A model generated the notes under the pieces. The model was not told the origin of the DNA. It ran no database searches and saw only the letters and a list, made by a program, of their open reading frames with translations. Shown here one piece after another: positions 1 through 9,594 of a stretch of DNA of 64,000 nt (its first letter is position 1; each line of letters opens with the position of its first letter). Made by a program: the position numbers and the translations under genes. The stretch is from Candidatus Thorarchaeota archaeon (GTDB lineage Archaea; Asgardarchaeota; Thorarchaeia; Thorarchaeales; Thorarchaeaceae): assembly GCA_048882325.1 (NCBI GenBank), contig JBHLRS010000013.1, positions 25,375 through 89,374 of the forward strand, given 5' to 3'.

Positions 1-3000
1 GTGTTGCATCCTCAATAGTAATCGATGTTCCAGTTCCACTGGCATCATACGAGATTGGCCATGGGAACCATGGAATGGATTGAGTCACACCAAAGACTAT
101 CAAGACACCACCATCTCTGACATAAGCCTCAAAAGCCCCACTTGAGGAAGAAAGGCTAGAGCTTAGGTCACTCAAGGTATCCGGTTCTACAATTACAAGC
201 TGACGCAGCGGTAGGAGTTGAAGGAACTCTGTATAGTTAGAAGACTCGTAGTACTCGTAGCTTGCACCCAAACCAGCCAGACTAGTTGGAAGGTATGAGG
301 AAACCCCAAGTGCAGCTACAGCTCGAATCCCCTGTCCAGGTTCGTGGGTGTCAAATGGCACATCTGTTGGATCTACTGATGAAACATGAGGAGAGGTTGC
401 AGGCTCGTATAGTCGAATCGATGGATCACCAAAGAGGACCTGTTGGTTTCCATAGTCACGAGGATCACGACCAACCAGTGGATCGGAATAATCAGCAGAT
501 GTGAGACTAAGACCGATAGAGAGTGCATCGCCAACTGTATTACCCTCGGAGAGCTCTTGAGCCAAAACTACTGAAAGCATACCTGCTGCTTGGAAGTAAA
601 CTGTTCGAGGAGCGGCGGTAACTGCCACGGCTCCATGTTCCATCAACATCAAAGGCATTTCGGTTCCTCCAAGGAGACAGGCTGTGAGAATCACAATAGG
701 ACTACCGATGTTGCCAATAGATGCTTCCAGTTCATCCGTTGACTTTACAACATGGTTCGATACTTCGGGAAATGCAACTGGATTGACCAGATGGTTCGAG
801 TCTGTGGGACTTTCTCGAGTGGTTAGACTATCTTCAAATCCATATGGTGCATCTGCGGTTCTCAATGAGATATACCCCACACCATACGGTCTATCAGGTG
901 GGTCTCGAGGCAGCTTTGTCAGTGTTCCATGTGTGCTAAGTGACCATAGGGCAATTTGTGAATCAAGAGTGTCAAAGACCTCATTCTGTCCCACATGCTG
1001 CTCTATGAGAAAACCAGCAGAACCGAGGGCATCAGTAGTGTTATCAAGTTGGACTAACAGATGGGTGTCCAAATTGTTATCCCAGTATATTTCGCCATCA
1101 GTATAGGCATACATACTCACGAGAGCAGTGTCAGCCTCATCGGCCTGAAGGAAGAGAAACCTGTGGAGGAGGCCTCTGTTAATGAGAATAGAAGTCAAGG
1201 CAGGTGTTGTCGCAGGAATTCGCCCTGGACTGAAATGGGATTGAAGTGATCTATCAAAGCTCAGTGGTATTAGAGAAACAGGTGAAACGACAACTACAGG
1301 CTGATTCATTGTTGTGTTGTAAGCACCACGTGAGATGAGAAACGACTCAAATGATCCCTCTGATTCCATCATTGAGAACTTGTTCGGAATCCTTTCATCG
1401 TACCAACCATTTTCTGCTCGGTTCTCGTACTTGTGAATAACGTAGATGTTGTCGATTTCCGGACCTATCATATATGGGGCCCAGGTTTCTTGTGCGAGTG
1501 TAGTTAGCTCATTTGAGTTCCCACAGAGAGAGAATACTGGACTCCCGTGAGCTGCAGCTGAGAATGCAGCAGGAGCAAAGAATTCGTCCCCATCACCTGT
1601 AGGAATAGAAACCACAATGTCGTGTGATCCTGAGAGGGACTTAATCATTGAGGTCATTCCAGAATAACTCACAATATTATTGAGAGTCCCATATGCAGCA
1701 AGTAAAGCAGCTAGTCCTGCGTCTTGATGATTGGTTGGGTCGATAAGATAGACATCCGTAACACCAAGATAGTTGAGAGCCCAAGATGTTTCAGCTGGGA
1801 TTGTGTCTTCATAGACATACAATAACGGAGCATTGAGGAGAGAGGCCAAGACAGCAGCATTTGATGCAGACTCCATGTATGTCTGAATATCTGCATCAAT
1901 TCTAGAGATTGCCCAAGAAAGCTCGATGTTATTCTGTTCCAGAGTTGCATCCATCCAAGCTGCAATGATAGTCCAATCTCCAGCCTTGGGATAAGGGAGT
2001 TCAATTTCTTCTTGCCCGGGATTTGATAAGATACTTCCAGCAGGGGCCCACATTGCTAGTCTCCCATCTGGGTCGATAAGAGCAAGATTTAGGTTAGTTG
2101 CAGCGTTATCCCAAAGAAGTGATACATTCAACCACTTAGCGTTTGCAGGAACCAATACAGATTGTGTATATCCAGGATGATAGAGAACTTCATTATCCAT
2201 GTTCGTCGTACCACTGATATCACGGGTGAGGTTCATGGTCCAGACCCCATCTGAGGTCTTAGGGAACCAAAAATTCAGAGGAACTGGAGTAACTACATAA
2301 CCGACTTGTCTTGAGAAAAAGACTTGGTTTATAACAGAATAATCGACTATCACGCCATTTGGATCAATAAGTTCATGTGTCAGTAGCTCATCACCGGTCC
2401 AATTGAACCTTCCTTCAATCCAACCCGCCCATGCAGGAGGAGTGAAGCTGATGCTCGAAGGAGCGCCATATGTGACAGTTCCACCGAACTCTGATAATTC
2501 CGAAGCTTGATTTTGAAATGTGTAAGTTGCACTGCCAGTAGTGACTATTGGAGAACCAAACTCATCTTTTAGGAGAGCTACAACTGCAGTTGAACTTGAC
2601 CGCCATTCGTTCATTGCAAGTAGTGAAGCGATCTCAGCAGCGGAACTTCCTCTGATTCGTGGATAGATCTTTGTTCCCAAGTCAAACTGAAGTTGAGTCA
2701 GTTCACTCTCTGTGAAATCACCAACAGCAATTGCCTGTGCAACTCCTCCGTCGGTTTCTAGATACTGAGACCAATCCTCCAAGAGCCAGGATTCACTCTG
2801 TGAGCCCTCACTATAGATGAGGGGTGATATGTACTGGGTGTTGTTATGGTAGAAGATTGATGTCGGGACTGTGGCCATGTATGCAAACTCATCCATGTAT
2901 GAATTAGGATCGGGAGCAACGAAAGCAACCCGTGATAGTGGAACTTGATCTGTTGGAACGTCACTCAGAGTGTGACTAGGTGAAATAGAAACAGTTCCTG

Positions 3001-3091
3001 AGTTGATGAAAGATTCAGTGATTGGACCCAGTGTTCCTATCATGAGAACTACTAGAAGAATCGAGAGCATCTTTTTCCTAGAATTGGTCAT
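1..3091 (-). CDS. Large secreted protein (>1030 aa, runs off window start) with probable peptidase C25 (gingipain-like) domain
   Basis: Absent from ORF track; translated by hand at both ends and in parts of the middle, same frame. ATG at 3091 gives signal peptide MTNSRKKMLSILLVVLMIGTLG. Later WSLSTHGT and IVILTACLLGG...GAVAVTAAPRTVY resemble the C25 His/Cys catalytic region. Confidence 0.65.
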   Translation of the reverse strand, partial: MTNSRKKMLSILLVVLMIGTLGPITESFINSGTVSISPSHTLSDVPTDQVPLSRVAFVAPDPNSYMDEFAYMATVPTSIFYHNNTQYISPLIYSEGSQSESWLLEDWSQYLETDGGVAQAIAVGDFTESELTQLQFDLGTKIYPRIRGSSAAEIASLLAMNEWRSSSTAVVALLKDEFGSPIVTTGSATYTFQNQASELSEFGGTVTYGAPSSISFTPPAWAGWIEGRFNWTGDELLTHELIDPNGVIVDYSVINQVFFSRQVGYVVTPVPLNFWFPKTSDGVWTMNLTRDISGTTNMDNEVLYHPGYTQSVLVPANAKWLNVSLLWDNAATNLNLALIDPDGRLAMWAPAGSILSNPGQEEIELPYPKAGDWTIIAAWMDATLEQNNIELSWAISRIDADIQTYMESASNAAVLASLLNAPLLYVYEDTIPAETSWALNYLGVTDVYLIDPTNHQDAGLAALLAAYGTLNNIVSYSGMTSMIKSLSGSHDIVVSIPTGDGDEFFAPAAFSAAAHGSPVFSLCGNSNELTTLAQETWAPYMIGPEIDNIYVIHKYENRAENGWYDERIPNKFSMMESEGSFESFLISRGAYNTTMNQPVVVVSPVSLIPLSFDRSLQSHFSPGRIPATTPALTSILINRGLLHRFLFLQADEADTALVSMYAYTDGEIYWDNNLDTHLLVQLDNTTDALGSAGFLIEQHVGQNEVFDTLDSQIALWSLSTHGTLTKLPRDPPDRPYGVGYISLRTADAPYGFEDSLTTRESPTDSNHLVNPVAFPEVSNHVVKSTDELEASIGNIGSPIVILTACLLGGTEMPLMLMEHGAVAVTAAPRTVYFQAAGMLSVVLAQELSEGNTVGDALSIGLSLTSADYSDPLVGRDPRDYGNQQVLFGDPSIRLYEPATSPHVSSVDPTDVPFDTHEPGQGIRAVAALGVSSYLPTSLAGLGASYEYYESSNYTEFLQLLPLRQLVIVEPDTLSDLSSSLSSSSGAFEAYVRDGGVLIVFGVTQSIPWFPWPISYDASGTGTSITIEDAT

Positions 3092-3189
3092 ACGGGCGCA
3101 CTCCGATAGAATTCAACATGATGACGAATTCTATGTAAATAGAGTTTTCCTGTGGAAAGCAATAAAGAATATGATATGGAGTGATTAGC

Positions 3190-4047
3190 TTAATCTTCCT
3201 GAAACTCAAGCAGATCCTCATCAAACTCCTCATCATCATCATCAGATTCAGTTTCTTCAGGTAGCGCGTCAATGAGTTCATCAATCACACGACGTAGTCT
3301 CCTACGAGTGCTCTTGGGAACATCCCACATTTTTTGTTCAGCTCGTTCCAAAACCTCTCGTGCAATATCATAGATTTCAGAGTCATAGTAGTTCTGTGCG
3401 GCTTCCACAAAGAGTTCAGCTGCTTTTTTCTGGTTCCCTGCAGTTTCTGCAATATCACCTAGGAGTGAACAAGCATCAGCGACTCCAGATTTATCATCAA
3501 TCTCTCGATAGACCTTTAGAGCCTTCTTGATTGTGGTTTCAGCAGTTGTCCAATCCTCTTTATCAACGTAGGCAGCGCCCATGTCCATAATCACACTTGC
3601 CACACCTTGTTCATTTTCAAGTGATTTGTATGCTTTTTGGGCTTTCTTGAAGTGATCCATGGCAGTATCAAAACTGCCATGTCCTAGACTTGCCAATGCA
3701 AGACCATACAAGGCATCAGCTGCACCGCTGTCGTTGGATGACTTCTCAAACATCTTTCTTGCTGACTCAAGTGTGGAAATGGCTTCATCCCATTGTTCAA
3801 GATTAATCTGTGCGACCCCAAGGTTGTACATTGTGTCACAAATACCAGTTTCATCCTTCAAATCCTGATAGATCTTTAATGAGTCCTCGAAGCACTTGTG
3901 AGCCTCCTCAAATTCAGCGACTGACATGTAGATGTTTCCAACAGCATTGAACATCTTTGCAGCAGTATCATTGTCTCCAGCCTCTAGTGCGGCTTGTGCC
4001 TGTTCCAATAACTCAGCCGGGTCCATGTCTTCGATGTCATCACTCAT
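3190..4047 (-). CDS. Tetratricopeptide repeat protein with acidic C-tail
   Basis: Repeated TPR-like helices (e.g. YNLGVAQINLEQWDEAI). Start set to ATG 4047 after GGTGA. Confidence 0.85.
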   Translation of the reverse strand: MSDDIEDMDPAELLEQAQAALEAGDNDTAAKMFNAVGNIYMSVAEFEEAHKCFEDSLKIYQDLKDETGICDTMYNLGVAQINLEQWDEAISTLESARKMFEKSSNDSGAADALYGLALASLGHGSFDTAMDHFKKAQKAYKSLENEQGVASVIMDMGAAYVDKEDWTTAETTIKKALKVYREIDDKSGVADACSLLGDIAETAGNQKKAAELFVEAAQNYYDSEIYDIAREVLERAEQKMWDVPKSTRRRLRRVIDELIDALPEETESDDDDEEFDEDLLEFQED

Positions 4048-4169
4048 TTGGCTCACCTGCAAATATCAACGGTGGCGGCCTATATCGCTTTTGATTCTTT
4101 CTGAACGACTCAAACGATGTAGACGTGTACATAAGTAAAGCGCGGATTCAAGAAAACTAATTTGAAATA

Positions 4170-4910
4170 TTAGCGAGGCATCAGCAAAACTGGATTCTCG
4201 AGTAGTGGGCGTACTGCATCCTTCACCATAAACTGTTCATCACCCACTTGAACCTCTAGGAGTTTTCTAAGTTCAAACCTGCGAAGATATCCGACAGCTT
4301 GGTCTCGTTCTAAGTTAAGATCCTTCATCATCTTGCTTAGCCCTTTCTTGTCACCACTGAATTCAGCGAATTTTCCAAAGACTGAACTCCATTGCATCAT
4401 TACTAGATACAGCAATGTACGAAGCATGCTGTCAACATTTTCACCAGTCTTTGCTGATACAGGGAAGACTGGGAGTCCTGCAAGAAACCGAAGGTTCTTT
4501 CTTAGTTGGTCAATTGGTCTTGACTCAGGAATATCTTGCTTGTTTGCGGCCACTACACATGGCACACCAGGTAGGAAGAATGCAATCTCCCTGAAGAATA
4601 GCTTTGCTCTAGCATCAGATTCAGGGTCAACTGAATCTACTACAAAGATTATACCATCAGCTCCTTCACTGAGAATCTTTCTCATTGTGCGAAAACGAAG
4701 TAGACCCGGGGTTCCAAACATAAAGACGTTTAACCCATCTACATTTGCTAGACCGTGATCCATAGCTATTGTAGTACCCCTACGTTCAACATTGATACAT
4801 TGGCCATTGGTGATATGATGAATCATCTGGCTCTTACCAGCTTCATAGGGACCTGTAACGACTATCTTCATTCGACCACCAAATTCTAACTCCGAATCAG
4901 TGTGTTTCAA
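4170..4910 (-). CDS. MglA/CvnD-like small GTPase with C-terminal helical/wHTH extension
   Basis: GPYEAGKS P-loop, TTIAMDHG, FGTPG, NKQD, SAK motifs. Confidence 0.85.
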   Translation of the reverse strand: MKHTDSELEFGGRMKIVVTGPYEAGKSQMIHHITNGQCINVERRGTTIAMDHGLANVDGLNVFMFGTPGLLRFRTMRKILSEGADGIIFVVDSVDPESDARAKLFFREIAFFLPGVPCVVAANKQDIPESRPIDQLRKNLRFLAGLPVFPVSAKTGENVDSMLRTLLYLVMMQWSSVFGKFAEFSGDKKGLSKMMKDLNLERDQAVGYLRRFELRKLLEVQVGDEQFMVKDAVRPLLENPVLLMPR

Positions 4911-5034
4911 GTATTCTGCTGCTCATTATAAGGTTTGTAGTGCTATTATCGGTCTAACAACTTCCGGCGCCACAATGCATGTTTCAGACACTAATTTCAT
5001 TGAATTGCGCAATTTGAGAGAACAGAGTAGGATG

Positions 5035-5113
5035 GAGACCGGCCGCTCGCAACGGCAGTCCTCAAACTCGGGCCCCAGTGGGATTTCCAATGTCATCATG
5101 GGAACTCGGTCTC
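5035..5113 (-). promoter_or_regulatory. Eukaryote/Loki-type SECIS element overlapping the selD stop codon
   Basis: Minus strand GAGACCG AGUUC cc AUGA UGACAUUGG AAA UCCC acu GGGG CCCGAGUU UGA GGACU GCCGU ugcga GCGGC CGGUCUC. Contains AUGA/GA core, ~9-bp upper stem, unpaired AAA, apical ministem and closing helices. Confidence 0.8.
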
Positions 5114-6130
5114 AATGAACTGAACATCCTGTGCAAGTTTTGCAGAGGGTGATCCATTAGATTTCACGACTTTGCCTACAGGCCAACAAGGCAGATTCTT
5201 CTCCTCAAGTGTGTTGCAGAACTCCTCGACCTTTGTGGAATCGAGGAACACAAGCATGCCACCGGCGGTTTCAGCACCAAGTCCAGTCGCGAGCTTATGA
5301 CCAAAGAACTCTGCAAGCTCGAGTGTGCCACGAATAACAGGAATCCGCTCAATGACCACACTGACATCACTAAGAGAACAGACATTCCCAGCATGACCGA
5401 GAAGGCCAAACCCTGTGACGTCCGTAGCAGCATTTACCTCAACTGCTCTCATCGTTTCAGCAACCTCCAGATTACTGAAGGTCATTAGTCTAACAGCAAC
5501 ATCTTGTATTCGTTTTAGGTCACTCTCTTTGAACTTGGACAAGAGCACATCACGCTTCTCATCTTTGAGGTCTCTATATGATCTCATCGCTGGTTGAATA
5601 CCCAATGGTTTAGTCAGAAGAACTGCATCACCTGGTTTGGCTCCATGTGAATAGACGACTTCACTAGGGTGTGCAGAACCCAGAGCTATTCCACCAAACA
5701 CGGGAACTGGATTCCTGATTGTCTGACCACCAGCGAGCTTCGCATCATGCCTTTCCATAAAGGTCTTCATACCTTCGAGGACACCTACAACAATATTTTC
5801 AGGTAGTTCTATGGGATAAGCAAGAAAAGCCTGAAGCGAGAGAAGTTTCGTGACACCCATAGCAAAGATATCATTGGTCGCATTGCACGCGACAATCTCT
5901 CCCTGTATCTGAGGGTCATCATGTATCGGTGTGAAGATATCCACATTTTCTACAATAGCCACATCATCGTTGACGATACGGACCACAGCATCGTCCCCGA
6001 TTTCCTCGGTTACGCATTCACCTAACGGAAGAAGACCAGCGGTCTGTAGAAGACGAGTGAGATCATCCTGGTTGACCTTGCAGCTTCAGCCATGAGAAGT
6101 TACCATTGCAGTCAACCGCACTTCATGCAC
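5096..6130 (-). CDS. selD: Selenide, water dikinase SelD, selenocysteine-containing (UGA at 6086-6088)
   Basis: The track ORF extends upstream in frame through TGA to give MHEVRLTAMVTSHG-U-SCKV...IGDDA. SelD motifs present: NATNDIFAMG, GGQT, LTKPLG, TDVTGFGLLGH, ETAGG. Start is GTG 6130 or TTG 6142, with GGAGG upstream. Confidence 0.95.
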
Positions 6131-6282
6131 CTGGTGACTCAACCTCCTGCATCCTTTAAGGCAAGTTAGCCCAACTCACAACTGGAGGTAGCCAGTAATA
6201 AGATTCTGGGTCAAGCTCACTTCACAAGCCTTATAGCCAGTGTCACGAAGCGATGCGCTATTCTAAGAGAGAGTGATTCGAG

Positions 6283-7728
6283 TTGGATATCAAGAAGGTC
6301 TCGGAAAACATTCATGAAATTCCAAAGAGCACACAAGCGTGCATGAAGGTCCCTGTAAAGGTGTTTGCTTCTGACAAACTCGTGCAGAAGATGCGTCAGG
6401 ACAAGACCTTCACTCAGGCAACTAATGCAGCTTGCTTGCCTGGAATCTATAAACATAGCATTGTATTGCCGGACGGACATCAAGGCTATGGATTCCCCAT
6501 TGGTGGTGTTGCAGCTACAGATTATGATTCAGGCGTGATTTCTCCAGGGGGAGTTGGATATGACATCAACTGCGGTGTTCGGGTATTACGGACTAATCTG
6601 GATGAAAGCGATGTCAGACCGAAGATCAGAGACCTTATCGACAGGCTCTTCGAAGAGGTTCCTACCGGTGTGGGTAAGCAGGGTAAAATAGACCTACGCA
6701 ACCACAGCGGTGTAGATGAGGTTCTAGCAAATGGGGCAACATGGGCTGTGGAACAGGGCTATGGATGGGATGAAGACCTGGACCATCAAGAGGCCAACGG
6801 CAGGCTCGAAATCGCAAATCCTTCTGATGTTCCAGACTCTGCAAAGAATCGAGGCATCAAGCAGAGTGGTACCCTTGGTTCGGGCAATCACTTTCTTGAG
6901 ATACAGGTCGTAGATGATATCTACGACGAAGAAGCTGCAAAACGTATGGGTATAACAAGAAAGAAACAGATCATGGTAATGATTCATAGTGGGTCTCGCG
7001 GTCTCGGACATCAAGTGTGCTCTGAATACATCAAGACGATGACCCAAGCTATGAGAAAGTACAACATAGAACTTCCAGATAGAGAACTATGCAGCGCACC
7101 CACTACGTCACCAGAGGGACAGGCTTATCTCGGAGCCATGAGCGCAGCAGCAAACTACGCTTTTGCGAATAGACAGGTCATGATGCACTGGACAAGAGAG
7201 GTATTTGGAAAGGTTCTAGGTAGTACACCAGAAGACCTGGATATGGGTCTGATTTATGACGTTGCTCACAATATGGGCAAAATCGAGGAGCACGAGATAG
7301 ATGGCAAGAAAACCAAGGTTGTTGTCCACAGAAAGGGTGCTACTCGAGCATTTCCACCGGGACACCCAGATGTGCCTACGAAATATCGAGATATCGGACA
7401 ACCGGTGATTATCCCCGGAACCATGGGTACAGCATCGTACATCCTTATCGGAAACGAGAGAGGGATGGACTTGACGTGGGGGTCAACTGCGCATGGGGCT
7501 GGTCGCTTCATGAGCCGATCGAAAGCCAAGAAACGTTTCTTTGGAAAAGAAGTTCAACAGGATCTTGCTTCCGAGGGGATTCTTGTGAGGGCAACCAAGG
7601 GTATCGTAATAGCAGAGGAAGCCCCGGGTGCATACAAAGATGTTGATGAAGTTGTGAAAGTGTCTGATGCAGTTGGAATTGCTACAAAGGCTGTCAGACT
7701 ACGACCTATCGGTGTTATCAAAGGTTGA
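6283..7728 (+). CDS. rtcB: tRNA-splicing ligase RtcB
   Basis: LPDGHQGYGFPIGGV, GYDINCGVR, GNHFLE, HSGSRG, HNM, HGAGR motifs. Confidence 0.97.
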   Translation: MDIKKVSENIHEIPKSTQACMKVPVKVFASDKLVQKMRQDKTFTQATNAACLPGIYKHSIVLPDGHQGYGFPIGGVAATDYDSGVISPGGVGYDINCGVRVLRTNLDESDVRPKIRDLIDRLFEEVPTGVGKQGKIDLRNHSGVDEVLANGATWAVEQGYGWDEDLDHQEANGRLEIANPSDVPDSAKNRGIKQSGTLGSGNHFLEIQVVDDIYDEEAAKRMGITRKKQIMVMIHSGSRGLGHQVCSEYIKTMTQAMRKYNIELPDRELCSAPTTSPEGQAYLGAMSAAANYAFANRQVMMHWTREVFGKVLGSTPEDLDMGLIYDVAHNMGKIEEHEIDGKKTKVVVHRKGATRAFPPGHPDVPTKYRDIGQPVIIPGTMGTASYILIGNERGMDLTWGSTAHGAGRFMSRSKAKKRFFGKEVQQDLASEGILVRATKGIVIAEEAPGAYKDVDEVVKVSDAVGIATKAVRLRPIGVIKG

Positions 7729-8649
7729 GTTTTGAGTTCGTTCACGTGCAGCAATATCTGCAAGCACCATAGCAATTCCGATAAGAATTATAACAAACCC
7801 GATGATGGTTGTTGGACCAGGGATTTGCGCGAAGATTAGTGCTGCAAGCAAAGCTGCTCCAATAGGTTCGCCGAGTACCGCTGATGAAACCACATATGCT
7901 GGGACCTTTGTCAATAGGTAGTTATTGACAGAATGTCCTAGAACTGTTGGAAAGATTGCGAGCGCCAAGAATATTGCGACCTCAGTCGGTTCCAAGACAA
8001 TTATGTTGAGATTAATTGTAACACAGATAGGGACTGTTGTAAGTGCAGCTATAAAGTAGATTATTGCAGTGTATACTGTGATTGGCATTTCTTTCGCAAA
8101 TCGGCGACCGCCAATAAAATAGAGCGCGAGAAAGACCGCACCTGATAACGCGAGAAGGTCTCCCGATAGAGCAACAATGCCCCCACCCCCAAAATCGCCC
8201 CATGCTAGAAAGACGGCGCCAATTGAAGCAATGAGTATTCCAGCCCATGATCGTCTTCTCAATGCTTCACCAAGAAAAATAGTCGACAGGATTGCTGTGT
8301 ATATTGGGGACGAATCAACGAGAACCACACTTGCAGCCACTGTGGTCATGAATAGTGATTGAAACCATGTGCAAAAATGGAGAGACAATGTTATCCCAAT
8401 GGCTGCTAGCCAAAACCAATTATCCCTTGTAACTAGTTGACGTACTTTCTTGAAGTCACCCCTAACAAGACCAATCGTTGCCATGAAGATGGCTCCGTAG
8501 AGAGTTCTCCAAAAGACAATAACAAAAGGATGAGAAGAACTGAAGAGAATGAGAATGCTTGCACTTGACACCATGGAAACTGAAAGAACCAGAAGTGGGA
8601 TTATTTGACGCTTACTGCTTGATGAATCAATAAGCGACTCGGACATCAT
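7699..8649 (-). CDS. DMT/EamA family transporter
   Basis: About 10 hydrophobic segments in two repeats; GEPIGA motif. Confidence 0.88.
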   Translation of the reverse strand: MMSESLIDSSSSKRQIIPLLVLSVSMVSSASILILFSSSHPFVIVFWRTLYGAIFMATIGLVRGDFKKVRQLVTRDNWFWLAAIGITLSLHFCTWFQSLFMTTVAASVVLVDSSPIYTAILSTIFLGEALRRRSWAGILIASIGAVFLAWGDFGGGGIVALSGDLLALSGAVFLALYFIGGRRFAKEMPITVYTAIIYFIAALTTVPICVTINLNIIVLEPTEVAIFLALAIFPTVLGHSVNNYLLTKVPAYVVSSAVLGEPIGAALLAALIFAQIPGPTTIIGFVIILIGIAMVLADIAARERTQNSTFDNTDRS

Positions 8650-9150
8650 CTACACCTTGACATGGTGACTACCAGATCCGCATCCTACGCACTTCAGTCC
8701 TTCCTCAAGAGCTTCCGCGACGTGAGAATCACAGACAGGGCATTTCTGAACAATTAGGTTTTCCAGATTATGTGATCGAAGAACCTTCTCAACATCATCA
8801 AGTGTCTTATACTCGATGAGAACTTTACCATCCGCCCCACGAACCATCTTTGACAAGGTATTCATGTCACCGTTATAGAACATTAAAATCGGTTTCATCA
8901 ACTCAATAGCAAGCATAATTTCCATCCCAACACCTAGTGAAGGATTAGAAACTTCTGCCAACAAAAAATCACTCATTCGAACATTATGGACATCACGTAG
9001 GTAAATCTCTTGAGGTTCAGCAGGACCTAAGAATTGAGGTGCAAAAACTGTTAATCCAATGTTTTCAAGTATGGACACAACTCTGGTGCAGAAATCATCC
9101 TTCCGCGATGCTTTAGAGATGATTGGTGCGGATAAGTAGACATGAACCAA
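8650..9150 (-). CDS. Nucleoside 2-deoxyribosyltransferase-like protein with C-terminal Zn ribbon
   Basis: VYLSAP, IYLRD, SLGVGMEI motifs; CPVC...CVGC. Confidence 0.8.
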   Translation of the reverse strand: MVHVYLSAPIISKASRKDDFCTRVVSILENIGLTVFAPQFLGPAEPQEIYLRDVHNVRMSDFLLAEVSNPSLGVGMEIMLAIELMKPILMFYNGDMNTLSKMVRGADGKVLIEYKTLDDVEKVLRSHNLENLIVQKCPVCDSHVAEALEEGLKCVGCGSGSHHVKV

Positions 9151-9179
9151 TACTTAACCCCCAAAATGGCGTAGATTGA

Positions 9180-9536
9180 TTATTCCTCACCAGTAGATTC
9201 TGTTGCTGAACCAAGATCAGTAATGGATGGAACTGAACCATCGTCTACTAATATCTCGTATCTTCCAGATCGACCGAGAGAGAGTTGGACTTTGCCTCTC
9301 CATTCTTTTGCCCACCCATCAATAATCCTAATCACCTTCCCAGCAGAGAGATCAGTACCTTCATTGAAACCCCAGAGTGAGAGTATTGTAGATCCAGTAT
9401 CATCAGCCACAAGAACCTCAGTCAGTTGCGTCTTCCTTCCAGCGCGGGTGCTGATCATCTTTGGTGGGGCCATGGATACAATGCGAACGACTAAGTCGGT
9501 AACATTCTTTTCTGGTTCAACTTCTGCTAATTTCAA
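9180..9536 (-). CDS. ssb: Single OB-fold ssDNA-binding protein (SSB/RPA)
   Basis: VADDTGSTILSLW, WAKEWRGKVQLSLGR; similar to crenarchaeal SSB. Confidence 0.85.
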   Translation of the reverse strand: MKLAEVEPEKNVTDLVVRIVSMAPPKMISTRAGRKTQLTEVLVADDTGSTILSLWGFNEGTDLSAGKVIRIIDGWAKEWRGKVQLSLGRSGRYEILVDDGSVPSITDLGSATESTGEE

Positions 9537-9594
9537 TAGGATTCCTCGGGTTTGCTGAACCTTACTTACAAATCAGTCTTTCCGCTTGTCACAA

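Noticed and set aside
286-2964. Short ORFs in the track (286-504, 684-1106, 1061-1249, 1711-2004, 2758-2964)
   Set aside because: Antisense or out-of-frame shadows of the long minus-strand CDS.
4984-5099. Box C/D sRNA reading (AUGAUGA at the selD stop ... CUGA at 4987-4984)
   Set aside because: The shorter SECIS fold explains the K-turn with more paired helices and fits the Sec codon. No clear rRNA/tRNA guide was identified. It remains a possible alternative fold.
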